Assembly: GCA_035362715.1 (NCBI GenBank)
Contig: DAOSDU010000005.1
Location: forward strand, 19,338 to 83,337
Length of the DNA: 64,000 nucleotides
Direction of reading: 5' to 3'
From: Methanofastidiosum sp.
Lineage (GTDB): Archaea; Methanobacteriota_B; Thermococci; Methanofastidiosales; Methanofastidiosaceae
This document shows, one piece after another, positions 26,531 through 36,018 of the stretch. The notes beneath the pieces were generated by a model that was given only the letters and a program-made list of their open reading frames with translations, was not told the origin of the DNA and ran no database searches. Both the position numbers and the translations under genes were made by a program. Position 1 is the stretch's first letter, and each line of letters begins with the position of its first letter.

Positions 26531-27868
26531 ATGACCAAATCAACAAAACTTGACTTCAAGACATATCGTTTGCTAGTTTTTTTGATTATCGGTTTTGGTT
26601 ACCTTTTAGTCTTTTTTCACAGAGTAGCTCCTGCCGTTGTTGCAATAGACATGATGAATGACTTAAAAGCCGGTGCTGTATTAATGGGTTTATTGGCATC
26701 TGGATATTTTTATCCTTATGCTATAATGCAACTTCCAACAGGAATCTTGTCAGATTCATGGGGGCCTAGAAAAACTATTACCTTATTCTTTTTAGTTGCA
26801 TCAATTGGGTCTGTGATACTAGGTTTATCTTTGGATATATCTTCGGCAATTCTCGGAAGAGTTCTAGTAGGACTTGGCGCTTCAACTTTATACGTTTGTG
26901 CACTAAAAATTTTATCACAATGGTATAAAGGAGAGGAATTTGCAACTATGACTGGATTTTTAATAGCTATTGGGGGCATTGGACTTTTAGTGTCTACAAT
27001 ACCTCTTGCGCTATTATCGAATGCTGTTGGATGGAGAATCCCCTTTATAATAACTGGAGTAATAACATTACTACTCGCATTATTAGTTTGGATTTTTGTA
27101 AGAAATTCTCCTCAAGAACTTGGAATGCCAGCAGTTGTTACACATAAATCTTCTAAAGAATCTAGTATACCTTTACTTGGTATGCCGGCAGTTGTAGAAA
27201 ATAGCACTCCCAATCAACAGAGGGGCCCAATTATTAAGAGTGCCATAATGGTATTGAGCCTTAAATATTACTGGCCTGCGTCTATCTGGATGTTCTGCAC
27301 TATGGCCATATATTTAGCATTTGGCGGTCTGTGGGGAGGGCCGTACCTAATACAAATATATGGAATGACAAAAGTTGAAGCTAGTAGAGTTTTATCAATG
27401 ATAGCCGTCGGTATGATCATAGGGAGCCCATTGATGGGAGTATTGTCAGATCGAATTATCAAAAGAAGAAAAATTGTAGTAAATGTATCAAGTGTTATAT
27501 TGCTGGTAATTATGGTATTTCTATATTTTTTGGTATCTTCAATTCCACCGTTTGGATTATATTTAATCTGCCTAGGGATGGGGATATTTTCTGTTGGGAC
27601 ATTGGCATTAGGTTATGCCTTGATAAAAGATCTTTACCCTGTTGAAATCGCTGGAACTTCTACAGGAATTGCAAACTTTTTCCCATTTTTAATGGGCGCA
27701 ATTTATCAACCTTTGATGGGGTATATCTTAGAATTAAATGGAAAAGTAGGCGATTCTTATACCGTGATTGGATATCAGAATGCATTTTTAGTTTTATTGA
27801 TTTCTTCTATAATTGCATGTATCGCTAGTTTCTTCATAAAAGAGAATAGCTCAAAGACTTCAAAATAG
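26531..27868 (+). CDS. MFS transporter
   Basis: 445 aa with about 12 TM helices. It has the G.LSD.WG.RK-type loop between TM2 and TM3 and a central hydrophilic loop. Confidence 0.85.
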   Translation: MTKSTKLDFKTYRLLVFLIIGFGYLLVFFHRVAPAVVAIDMMNDLKAGAVLMGLLASGYFYPYAIMQLPTGILSDSWGPRKTITLFFLVASIGSVILGLSLDISSAILGRVLVGLGASTLYVCALKILSQWYKGEEFATMTGFLIAIGGIGLLVSTIPLALLSNAVGWRIPFIITGVITLLLALLVWIFVRNSPQELGMPAVVTHKSSKESSIPLLGMPAVVENSTPNQQRGPIIKSAIMVLSLKYYWPASIWMFCTMAIYLAFGGLWGGPYLIQIYGMTKVEASRVLSMIAVGMIIGSPLMGVLSDRIIKRRKIVVNVSSVILLVIMVFLYFLVSSIPPFGLYLICLGMGIFSVGTLALGYALIKDLYPVEIAGTSTGIANFFPFLMGAIYQPLMGYILELNGKVGDSYTVIGYQNAFLVLLISSIIACIASFFIKENSSKTSK

Positions 27869-27900
27869 GGCAAGTAATACTGATAAGTTTCATGCATTAT

Positions 27901-28452
27901 TTATTTTATATTTAGTATTCCTTTCAATTCTTTAACTGCCTCTTGAGATATTTCATAAAGCCTAGTATCAAATGTTTGTTCTTCCCAAGTGGGGCCGTAA
28001 TAATACTTAGATGTAACTTTAGCTGCAATTTTATAAGCTTCTAATGCCTTTTTTAGATTAGTATCTCTATCGTTTAGTTCTGAAAGAAATCTGTAAGTGT
28101 TACCTAGATTATATTGCGAGAGGGCATGATATATTGGGAATTCATTGTAATCATTTAATGTAATTGCTTCTTGGAGATATTCAATAGATTTTCTTAAATT
28201 ATCCTCGCTATTCTCGCATTCGGCCATTGCACAGTATGCTGCCCCAAGAGTATTAAAAATCTCGGAGCATCTCCCATGGCACTCTAACTGTGTGAATAAA
28301 TCTAGCGCTTCTTCTAAAATTCCTATAGCTTTTTTTAAAGATGCATCATCTTGCCGATTTAATAAATCATGGCCATTTTTGCACAAGGTATTTGCTTTTT
28401 GAAGAAATACATCAGTGTTTGATTTAATGTCCATCTTCATTGTATTAAACAT
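27901..28452 (-). CDS. TPR-repeat protein
   Basis: Repeated A..Y..LG.AY......A...Y..A-type 34-aa helical units. Confidence 0.6.
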   Translation of the reverse strand: MFNTMKMDIKSNTDVFLQKANTLCKNGHDLLNRQDDASLKKAIGILEEALDLFTQLECHGRCSEIFNTLGAAYCAMAECENSEDNLRKSIEYLQEAITLNDYNEFPIYHALSQYNLGNTYRFLSELNDRDTNLKKALEAYKIAAKVTSKYYYGPTWEEQTFDTRLYEISQEAVKELKGILNIK

Positions 28453-28543
28453 AGAGAATTATAAATATATCGCTGGCCCATTAAATAGGATAGTTAATTA
28501 TTTTTAATGATAAATTTTTATATTAAGTATCAAAGAATTGAAT

Positions 28544-29077
28544 ATGAGAAAATTATCTATAATATTCTTATTACTTCTAGTTTCCACTTGTTGTATCGAT
28601 TCTATAAAACAAATCTATTCTCCCGATATTGAAGTAGAGTCTGTACTTGTAATAAAAGTCATAGACGGTGACACCATTGATATCCTAAAATCTGGAAAAA
28701 CTGAAAGAGTTAGGCTAGTTGGAATAGATACTCCCGAACCTTATTCTAAAAATAATGAAAAAAAATGGTATGGACTTCCAGATGATCATCTAAGAAAATG
28801 GGGAGTCAATGCATTTAATTATACAAACGAAAGATTGTACAAAAAAGAAGTAAATATTTCGTATGATAGTATTCAGGGACAAAAAGATGAATTTGGTAGG
28901 ACTTTGGCATATATATTCATAGATAACAATAATATTAATTTAGAATTAGTCCAAAATGGATATGCCAGGGTTTATACTGAAAAAAAATCAGACCTTTACT
29001 TTAAACTCATAGAAGCTGAAACTAGGGCAAGATTTAATAAGTTGGGCCTTTGGAATTATTCATTTCACGATAATTAA
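28544..29077 (+). CDS. Secreted thermonuclease (staphylococcal nuclease/SNase family)
   Basis: Signal peptide with Cys, followed by VIDGDTIDI, RVRLVGIDTPE, GRTLAYIF and LVQNGYARVY. Confidence 0.88.
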   Translation: MRKLSIIFLLLLVSTCCIDSIKQIYSPDIEVESVLVIKVIDGDTIDILKSGKTERVRLVGIDTPEPYSKNNEKKWYGLPDDHLRKWGVNAFNYTNERLYKKEVNISYDSIQGQKDEFGRTLAYIFIDNNNINLELVQNGYARVYTEKKSDLYFKLIEAETRARFNKLGLWNYSFHDN

Positions 29078-29126
29078 AAAGGAAACAAATATATTCAAAA
29101 TATTAAAAATAATACTAGGTGCGAAG

Positions 29127-29756
29127 ATGAGGGCAGAAAATAATATAATTGAAAAATCAAAAGAGTTACTTTCCTTCATGAAAAAAAGAAGAACAATGAG
29201 ATTGTTCGATAAAAAACATATACCTATTGAAGTTATAGAAAACTGCATTGCTATTGCAGGCACAGCACCAAGTAGAGCCAATTTGCAGCCATGGACTTTT
29301 GTATTAGTCAAAGATCAAGAAACTAAAAAGAATATAAGAATTGAAGCAGAGAAAGTAGAAGAAGAATTCTATTCCTATAAAATATCAGACGAGTGGAGAG
29401 AATGTCTAAAACCTTTAAATCTAGATATAAGGAAACCTTTTCTTGAACAAGCCCCATACCTGATATGTATTTTCTCCCAACTTTATGGAATTGATAAAGA
29501 AGGAAACAAAATAAAGCATTATTACCCAAATGAATCAATTGGAATCGCAACTGGTTTTTTAATCTCTGCACTACACCAAATGGGGATTGCCACCTTGGCA
29601 TATACTCCAGAACAGATGACATTCCTAAACAAAATATTGAATAGGCCCAAAAATGAGGCGCCATTTCTCATCCTAGTTGTTGGTTATCCAAGCACTGAAT
29701 ATACTTTGCCCACACTATCAAAAAAAGAATTAAAGGATATACTTGTTACGATCTGA
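29127..29756 (+). CDS. Nitroreductase-family protein (iodotyrosine-deiodinase-like subgroup)
   Basis: KKRRTMRLF, AGTAPSRANLQPW.F and the family-typical C-terminus. Confidence 0.8.
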   Translation: MRAENNIIEKSKELLSFMKKRRTMRLFDKKHIPIEVIENCIAIAGTAPSRANLQPWTFVLVKDQETKKNIRIEAEKVEEEFYSYKISDEWRECLKPLNLDIRKPFLEQAPYLICIFSQLYGIDKEGNKIKHYYPNESIGIATGFLISALHQMGIATLAYTPEQMTFLNKILNRPKNEAPFLILVVGYPSTEYTLPTLSKKELKDILVTI

Positions 29757-29765
29757 ATGCCATAC

Positions 29766-30659
29766 TCATTTTTTATATGGATTCCAAAATTTGAATTCAT
29801 AATATATTTTACCATCTTTGCACGCAATAAATTTCCCTTTCTTATCTTTGTAGTTTTTTCCGATATCTAGACTATGTTTAATTTTTTCCATTTTGCCTAC
29901 TTCAATTCGGATAAATCTGGCTATTAATTTATTATGTAGTAGAAGGAATTTTAAGTAATTTTCAGTGCCTCTAAAAAAGTGCCAGAGCCTTTCTAAATCC
30001 CAATCCCAGTCTACTAGATTTAAATAATCATCTTTTTTGACTCTTTTAGCTCGGGGAGTGGGGGATTCTTTTGGCTGTACCTTTCTTTGGACTTTGCCTG
30101 ACTCTATTTTATTGATTGATTCTACTAATGCTTTCGCACCTGCAGCCTCAAACTTCGCTCTTAACTCGTAATATCTTTCTCCGAGATCTATCTTTACATC
30201 TTTTTGTAATATTATGTCTCCTGTATCCTCGCCCTTATCGATATAATGGACCGTTACGCCAGCGTCTCTATCAAATAAATAATATGTCCAAAAAATAGGA
30301 ACTGCACCCCTATATTTTGGTAATAAAGCGGTATGCAGATTAATAGTCCCTAATTTTGGAAAAGAAAAAATTTCTTCTTTAAGTAAGAAAGGCATCGAGT
30401 ATACAACAATTAAATCTGGATTTCTATCTTTTATCCAACTAAGAATTTCCTGTTTCTTATCTTTCATCAATAAATAAGGAACACGATATTTTTTGGCAAT
30501 TTTTTTAACATTTTTAAATATGGCCTTTTCAATTATGGAAGATAAACTATTATCCTCTCTTGGCTCTATTATTCCAACTACATCTTTTGACTCTAATAAC
30601 TTATTCAGCACTTCAGATTTTTTTTGCGTTATTACTAAGATTCTCAAATTGGCCACCAA
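29766..30659 (-). CDS. Formyltransferase-family protein (Fmt/ArnA N-terminal-domain-like)
   Basis: DLIVVYSMPFLL, INLHTALLPKYRGAVPIFW and HYIDKGEDTGDII are formyl-transferase catalytic-core motifs. Confidence 0.8.
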   Translation of the reverse strand: MVANLRILVITQKKSEVLNKLLESKDVVGIIEPREDNSLSSIIEKAIFKNVKKIAKKYRVPYLLMKDKKQEILSWIKDRNPDLIVVYSMPFLLKEEIFSFPKLGTINLHTALLPKYRGAVPIFWTYYLFDRDAGVTVHYIDKGEDTGDIILQKDVKIDLGERYYELRAKFEAAGAKALVESINKIESGKVQRKVQPKESPTPRAKRVKKDDYLNLVDWDWDLERLWHFFRGTENYLKFLLLHNKLIARFIRIEVGKMEKIKHSLDIGKNYKDKKGKFIACKDGKIYYEFKFWNPYKK

Positions 30660-30707
30660 GTGTATAGATGCTTTGATATATTTCTTTATAAAAATTTATC
30701 TAATACA

Positions 30708-31382
30708 CTAATCGACGTATCCTACCTTCATGTAGTATTCTGGGCTGAAATAAAGTACATAAAATGCGTCAAAAGGTGGCCTCCAATATGAAAGGTCTTC
30801 TATCTGGATATATTCATGGAACTCTCTTTCTCCTTGTCTTTTATAGCCATAATAAACTGTAGGATAATCTAGACATTTGTCGGATCTACATGTGAGGATT
30901 ACTCCTATTTTATCTGAAGTATAAAGCATGTAAATATTGCCAAAAGCAACAACTTTACTTGTGTCTTTAGGATCATTGAAAATCCAGCTTTCACTAGGCT
31001 GTATTTCTCTTATAACTAATTCAGGTTTGCATCCACATTCGTTATTACATTCTTCAACAAGTTGATCTTGAATACAATTTCCATCGACACACTTATAGGA
31101 CCATAGATCATTTCCTATGCATTTGTAATTGCATGATATCGCTTTGCATAAATCTTCCTTGCACCCACAATATTCAGCACATTCATCAATTCTCTTGAAA
31201 TCTTTGCACTCCCCATTGACACAAACTTGAGACCAGAGTTCATTACCTATGCACTTATCTGGGCAAGTTAGATTTTCACATGGATTTGTAATTATTGGTT
31301 GTTGTGTAGTCTTGGATGGTACTAAGCATCCTGAAGAGAATAAAATTGTAATTAATATTCCAGAAATAATTATATTTTTCAT
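30708..31382 (-). CDS. Secreted lipoprotein-like Cys-rich protein with internal 38-aa duplication
   Basis: The signal peptide ends in SSGC. Two repeats are visible: LTCPDKCIGNELWSQVCVNGECKDFKRIDECAEYCGCK and ISCNYKCIGNDLWSYKCVDGNCIQDQLVEECNNECGCK. Confidence 0.65.
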   Translation of the reverse strand: MKNIIISGILITILFSSGCLVPSKTTQQPIITNPCENLTCPDKCIGNELWSQVCVNGECKDFKRIDECAEYCGCKEDLCKAISCNYKCIGNDLWSYKCVDGNCIQDQLVEECNNECGCKPELVIREIQPSESWIFNDPKDTSKVVAFGNIYMLYTSDKIGVILTCRSDKCLDYPTVYYGYKRQGEREFHEYIQIEDLSYWRPPFDAFYVLYFSPEYYMKVGYVD

Positions 31383-31459
31383 AATTATTAATGGAATTTG
31401 AAATATAAAAAACTTTCTTATAATAACATTTATTTAGTTCAGTGGTTTATGGCTAAATA

Positions 31460-32101
31460 ATGATAACTCAATCTGTTTTGATCATTTTAGGGATTTTTGT
31501 CTTTTATCAATTAATATTAAGATTGGCAAGAAGATACTGGAAATTTCCGGCCCCCTCTTTTATCGGTAAATTTCTAGATAGTAAACAAAGGAAAGTTATG
31601 CAACCTCCTGAAAAAATAATATCAAGAAGTGGGATTGATAGAGGGATGACTGTCCTAGAAATCGGGTGTGGTAGTGGTGCTTTCACTACCGATGTCGCAA
31701 GAGCCATAGGGAACAAAGGTATTCTTAGTGCATTAGATATCGAAATAAAAATGTTAAAACAAGTTGCAAGTAAACTTAATAGAATAGAAAATAAAGATAT
31801 CAAAAATGTTAAACTTGTACAAGCAAGTGCTTATGCCCTTCCGTTTAGTAAAGAATCTTTTGATATTGTTTACATGGTAGCAGTATTCCAAGAAATACCT
31901 AATAAGGAAAAAGCTTTGAAAGAAATCAATAGAGTTTTAAAAAATAATGGGATACTTTCTATATCTGAATTCATAGTTGATCCAGACTATCCACTTAAAT
32001 CGACAACAATTAAGATGGTTCAAAGAACAGGTTTCAATCTAAATATTGTATCTGGAAACTTTTTTAATTATACCATAACGTTTGGAAAAAATAAAGTGTA
32101 A
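31460..32101 (+). CDS. Class I SAM-dependent methyltransferase with N-terminal TM helix
   Basis: VLEIGCGSGAFT (motif I) and FDIVYMVAVFQEIP. Confidence 0.85.
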   Translation: MITQSVLIILGIFVFYQLILRLARRYWKFPAPSFIGKFLDSKQRKVMQPPEKIISRSGIDRGMTVLEIGCGSGAFTTDVARAIGNKGILSALDIEIKMLKQVASKLNRIENKDIKNVKLVQASAYALPFSKESFDIVYMVAVFQEIPNKEKALKEINRVLKNNGILSISEFIVDPDYPLKSTTIKMVQRTGFNLNIVSGNFFNYTITFGKNKV

Positions 32102-32132
32102 TATATTTAAAATAAATTCAAGACTATTATTT

Positions 32133-32597
32133 ATGGACGATTATGAAAAAAAATTAAATAGTTTTTTAAAAGAAAATGGTAGTGATGCAGAGTTGTTGAT
32201 TTTTGATAAATCGTGTCATTCAGTTGCAGAAGCTGCTGAAACTGCCAAAGTTTGTCCAACTGATTTTATCAAAAGTATTTGTATGATCGATACTAATGGA
32301 GATCTTATTGTTGCGATAGTCAAAGGCGAAGATAGAGCAAGCAGTAGCAGAGTATCTAAATCTTTAAATATTGAAAGACCAAAAATAGCTACCCCTAATG
32401 AAATGCTTGAAAAAACTGGATACCCCTGTGGTGGAACACCTCCTTTTGGTTATGGTGCCACTTTTCTGATAGACCTAAAAGTAATGGAGAAAGAAGTTGT
32501 GTATGGGGGTGGGGGATCGGAGTACTCCCTTGTTAAAGTTACAACAAAAGAATTAAAAAGATTGAACAATGGAATGATTACTAGAGTTTCAAAATAG
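32133..32597 (+). CDS. YbaK/ProX-family aminoacyl-tRNA trans-editing deacylase
   Basis: From ATG 32133: HSVAEAAE, IKSICM and GYPCGGTPPFGY are typical YbaK/EbsC motifs. Confidence 0.8.
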   Translation: MDDYEKKLNSFLKENGSDAELLIFDKSCHSVAEAAETAKVCPTDFIKSICMIDTNGDLIVAIVKGEDRASSSRVSKSLNIERPKIATPNEMLEKTGYPCGGTPPFGYGATFLIDLKVMEKEVVYGGGGSEYSLVKVTTKELKRLNNGMITRVSK

Positions 32598-32677
32598 AAT
32601 ATTGCCATCTAATTTATAGATTATTACAATTAAGTATAAAAGGGAGTAATACTAAATAGTTATCCATAGGTGAAAAT

Positions 32678-34927
32678 TTGTTTAAATTGACATTTAAGAA
32701 TATTTTTTCATTTCTTTTTATCTGGTTACTTGTAGGATTTACCATTGGATTTAGTACATTGATGGGTCCTGTCAGTTTCATAAGATCCAGTAACTTAGAT
32801 TTATCTCTTGAAGGCATGCTAGTAAGATTAACAATACTAATTTTTATCTTTGTATCATTTACCGCTGCAGTTATCTTAATGAATATAGTGGATACAACAA
32901 ACAAAAAACATGTTAAGTATGGGATACCCGCTCTTTGGGCAATAGCAACTATTTCCGTCCTTTGGTTATCACTTAACCCAACTTTATTTGGAGTTAGTCA
33001 AGAAACTTCCTCTACTCCAGAAGAGATATCAACTGTTAGATTTACTTTTGGGGAATATCCTACTCTAGAAAAATTACTTGAATTAAAAGAGGAGGGATAT
33101 ACTTCCATTATATCGTTATTACACCCAGCTGTTGTACCTTTTGAACCTAGATTAATAGAGGAAGAAAGACTGAATGTCGAATATGCCGGTCTAGAATTTG
33201 TACATATCCCAATGGTCCCTTGGGTAAGTGAAAACACACAAGCAGCACTCCAGCTTAGAGAATTAGCCAAAACTGGAACTGGCAAGTATTATGTCCACTG
33301 TTATCTAGGAAAGGATAGAATCAGACTTGCAAGAACAGTTATAGAAAATAATATACCCTTAGAAGAAGCTCAAAGCACAGTTGAAAAGAAAACTATTAGA
33401 TTAAAAACTAGATTTGAAAGGGGAGAAATAATTGAACTAGATGAGAATTTATTCATTGTTCCTTACCCAACAGATGATGAATTTTTTTATATAGTAGGTG
33501 ATGCAGAATATGTTATTTCTTTGTTTGATTCTCTTGATTTTGGAGATTCAGAAAGGATAAATGAAGAAAAAAATATAATGCAAACATATGAAATACCTTA
33601 TGAAAATATATCTGTTTTAAGATCACCTTTTGACTCTTATGCAGTTTATGAAGCAAGCAAAAAAGCTAAGAAAGCGCCTAAACCATTATTTGTTCATGCA
33701 TTCTTTTCTAATAGTTCTGTGATTGATTCTTTTATTCAATCTTATCTATATGATAAACCATCCCTCCCATTTAGATCATTTGCTGTGCCAATGACTAATG
33801 GATACGCTGAAGTTATTGCGCCTGATGTTGCTATTGGCCCTAACCCAGATGGCAGAGAATTTAGGATGTACCTATATGAGAACGGTATACGAAGAATATT
33901 ATATTTAGGCAACGATCAGACAGAAGAAGCACAAATTGAAAGAAATCATGCGATAGCAAATAGAATCTTGTGGTATGCCTCGGAAGGCAATGTCTCAGAT
34001 ATAAAGACTATAGTGTCAAGACCTGGACCTTGGTACATTTATGGACCAAATTTGAATTCAAGTAAGCAAGAGCTAAGATCTGAATTAGGCCCGCCCCAAT
34101 TAGAAATCACTTATAAATTTGAAGAAAAGCCGATAGACAGTCCAATAGAAGAAAATGTTTCTGTAGTAACACAAACTGAAAAAGAGGAATTCTCGATAAA
34201 TTCGTTTATTAAGAAAGCCATCCCATCGATACAAGATACAATTCTTTTTACTCCACCTTTGGCGCTATACGTTGGAGTTTTAATGAAAATTGTAGGTTAT
34301 ATCCATACAAAAAAGAAAATAAGAACTCCATATACAAGAAAAATATTCCACTTTAGTACATTCATATCGGCCGCAATTATTCAATTAATTGGTGGACTAT
34401 CTTTTGTCATCCTATACGGGATAGTCAATTCATTGTTTATTTTTTATGTGGTTTATCGTAATGAGGAAATACCCTTCTATAATGCTATTGCTAGGACTAC
34501 AGACGGAGCACAAAAAAGTAAATTCATATTGATACCTTTAATAATGACCGCGTTTGGTGGGTTAATAGGTAATATTCTATTTGATAAATTGGCGATAATA
34601 GGATACTTGATTGTAGGCATAGGTGATGCTATAGGAGAACCTGTGGGGACAAGATGGGGCAAACATAGGTACAAAGTTCCATCCCTATTTGGAGTTCCTG
34701 TGACAAGAAGCATTGAAGGTTCAATTTCAGTTGCAATTACTAGTATACTATTTGCCTCAATGGGGTTGTATGCATTAGGAACGCCCTTTTCTGCAGCAAT
34801 TATATTGGGATTAATTTGTGGGATTGTTGCGGCTTTGACTGAAGCTATAAGTAATCATGGACTCGATAATCTAAGTGTTCAATTGGTTCCAGTGGCCATA
34901 ATTTATATAATAATGAATATTTTATAG
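32678..34927 (+). CDS. Multi-domain membrane protein: N-terminal TM region + PTP/DSP-like phosphatase domain (HCx5R) + two degenerate copies + C-terminal polyprenol (dolichol/phytol) kinase / CTP-transferase-1-family membrane domain
   Basis: The P-loop VHCYLGKDR lies at 33293-33319. A second copy has VHAFFSNSS with the Cys lost. The C-terminal TM domain has IGDAIGEPVGTRWGKHRY and RSIEGSI, which are characteristic of the dolichol-kinase/phytol-kinase/CdsA superfamily. The start is TTG 32678, preceded by AGGTGA. Confidence 0.65.
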   Translation: MFKLTFKNIFSFLFIWLLVGFTIGFSTLMGPVSFIRSSNLDLSLEGMLVRLTILIFIFVSFTAAVILMNIVDTTNKKHVKYGIPALWAIATISVLWLSLNPTLFGVSQETSSTPEEISTVRFTFGEYPTLEKLLELKEEGYTSIISLLHPAVVPFEPRLIEEERLNVEYAGLEFVHIPMVPWVSENTQAALQLRELAKTGTGKYYVHCYLGKDRIRLARTVIENNIPLEEAQSTVEKKTIRLKTRFERGEIIELDENLFIVPYPTDDEFFYIVGDAEYVISLFDSLDFGDSERINEEKNIMQTYEIPYENISVLRSPFDSYAVYEASKKAKKAPKPLFVHAFFSNSSVIDSFIQSYLYDKPSLPFRSFAVPMTNGYAEVIAPDVAIGPNPDGREFRMYLYENGIRRILYLGNDQTEEAQIERNHAIANRILWYASEGNVSDIKTIVSRPGPWYIYGPNLNSSKQELRSELGPPQLEITYKFEEKPIDSPIEENVSVVTQTEKEEFSINSFIKKAIPSIQDTILFTPPLALYVGVLMKIVGYIHTKKKIRTPYTRKIFHFSTFISAAIIQLIGGLSFVILYGIVNSLFIFYVVYRNEEIPFYNAIARTTDGAQKSKFILIPLIMTAFGGLIGNILFDKLAIIGYLIVGIGDAIGEPVGTRWGKHRYKVPSLFGVPVTRSIEGSISVAITSILFASMGLYALGTPFSAAIILGLICGIVAALTEAISNHGLDNLSVQLVPVAIIYIIMNIL

Positions 34928-34978
34928 TGGGGAGATATAATTTTTTCATTTGAAGACATAACACGGGCATACATACAA

Positions 34979-36016
34979 TTGAACTTATGGTTGACACCAT
35001 TTGTTAAAATAATTCTAATCGCTCTAGTAATATTCTTAGCATTAATGTTAATCTTTTACATAGTTACTATTATAATCCACTGGAATCGTGATAGAACAGA
35101 AAATAAAAAATCGATAGAATACAATTTTATTTTAACAAAAATTCTTCATAAAGAAATTGATCCAAATTCTTTAGGTATCTCAAATAAAGATAAAAAATAT
35201 TTGAGAGATTTATTGATTCTTAAATTAAATTTTTCATCTAATGAAGAAAAAGACTTACTTAGGAATTTGTACAAAATCTGGGAACTAGAAAAAAAAGACA
35301 TAAAACAATTGAAAAGTCGAAGATGGTGGAAGAAAGTTGAAGCCCTTAATAGATTAGAAAAAATGAAAATAATTGAAGCAGAATCACTAGCTTTAAAATT
35401 AATGGATAATAAAAAAGCTGAAATCAGATATGCAGCACTTGAGATGTTAGTTGGAATTAAATCTGAAAAAATCTATCCTTTTTTATATACAATGTTTTCT
35501 TCAAGTTCTAGGTGGGCATATAGATATCTTGTCAACGTATTATCTACTGCGGATATACCTCCAGCATACCTAAAGCTTTTGGCTATTTCAAAAAAAAGAG
35601 ACTTTAGAAAAGCTGCTGCGATACTACTCGGAACAAAAGGGAATGAATATGCCATACCATTGCTAGAAAAGCTTGCAAATGATTCAATAAAAGATGTAAG
35701 AAGAGAGGCAATTAAATCTTTAGGGGAAATTAACACTGACAAGAGTCTAAGAGTTATGGAGAAACATTCTGGAGATCCAAATAATCAGATTAGGGCCAGT
35801 TTAGCAAAAGCTTTGTCAGGCTATAACAATGATACTTCATTTAAATTATTAGAAAAACTTGCAGATGATGATGATTTTGAAGTGAGACTGGAAGCATTTT
35901 ATTCTCTTAGCAAATTAGGGCCTACCGGGAAGAATATTATTGAGAAATATTACCACAAATACCCAGATTTAGTCATGGAATTTCTGAAAAAGGAAAATCA
36001 AGGAGCTAGTGGATAA
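34979..36016 (+). CDS. Membrane-anchored HEAT-repeat (PBS-lyase-like) protein
   Basis: An N-terminal TM helix is followed by repeated units of the type AIPLLEKLANDSIKDVRREAIKSLGEI and LLEKLADDDDFEVRLEAFYSL. Confidence 0.75.
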   Translation: MNLWLTPFVKIILIALVIFLALMLIFYIVTIIIHWNRDRTENKKSIEYNFILTKILHKEIDPNSLGISNKDKKYLRDLLILKLNFSSNEEKDLLRNLYKIWELEKKDIKQLKSRRWWKKVEALNRLEKMKIIEAESLALKLMDNKKAEIRYAALEMLVGIKSEKIYPFLYTMFSSSSRWAYRYLVNVLSTADIPPAYLKLLAISKKRDFRKAAAILLGTKGNEYAIPLLEKLANDSIKDVRREAIKSLGEINTDKSLRVMEKHSGDPNNQIRASLAKALSGYNNDTSFKLLEKLADDDDFEVRLEAFYSLSKLGPTGKNIIEKYYHKYPDLVMEFLKKENQGASG

Positions 36017-36018
36017 TT

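Noticed and set aside
27118-27197. An imperfect 22-nt direct repeat spaced 57 nt apart (ACTTGGAATGCCAGCAGTTGTTA and ACTTGGTATGCCGGCAGTTGTAG), which encodes LGMPAVV twice.
   Set aside because: It lies in-frame within the central cytoplasmic loop of the MFS transporter. It is most simply a small in-frame duplication of a loop segment with no regulatory implication.
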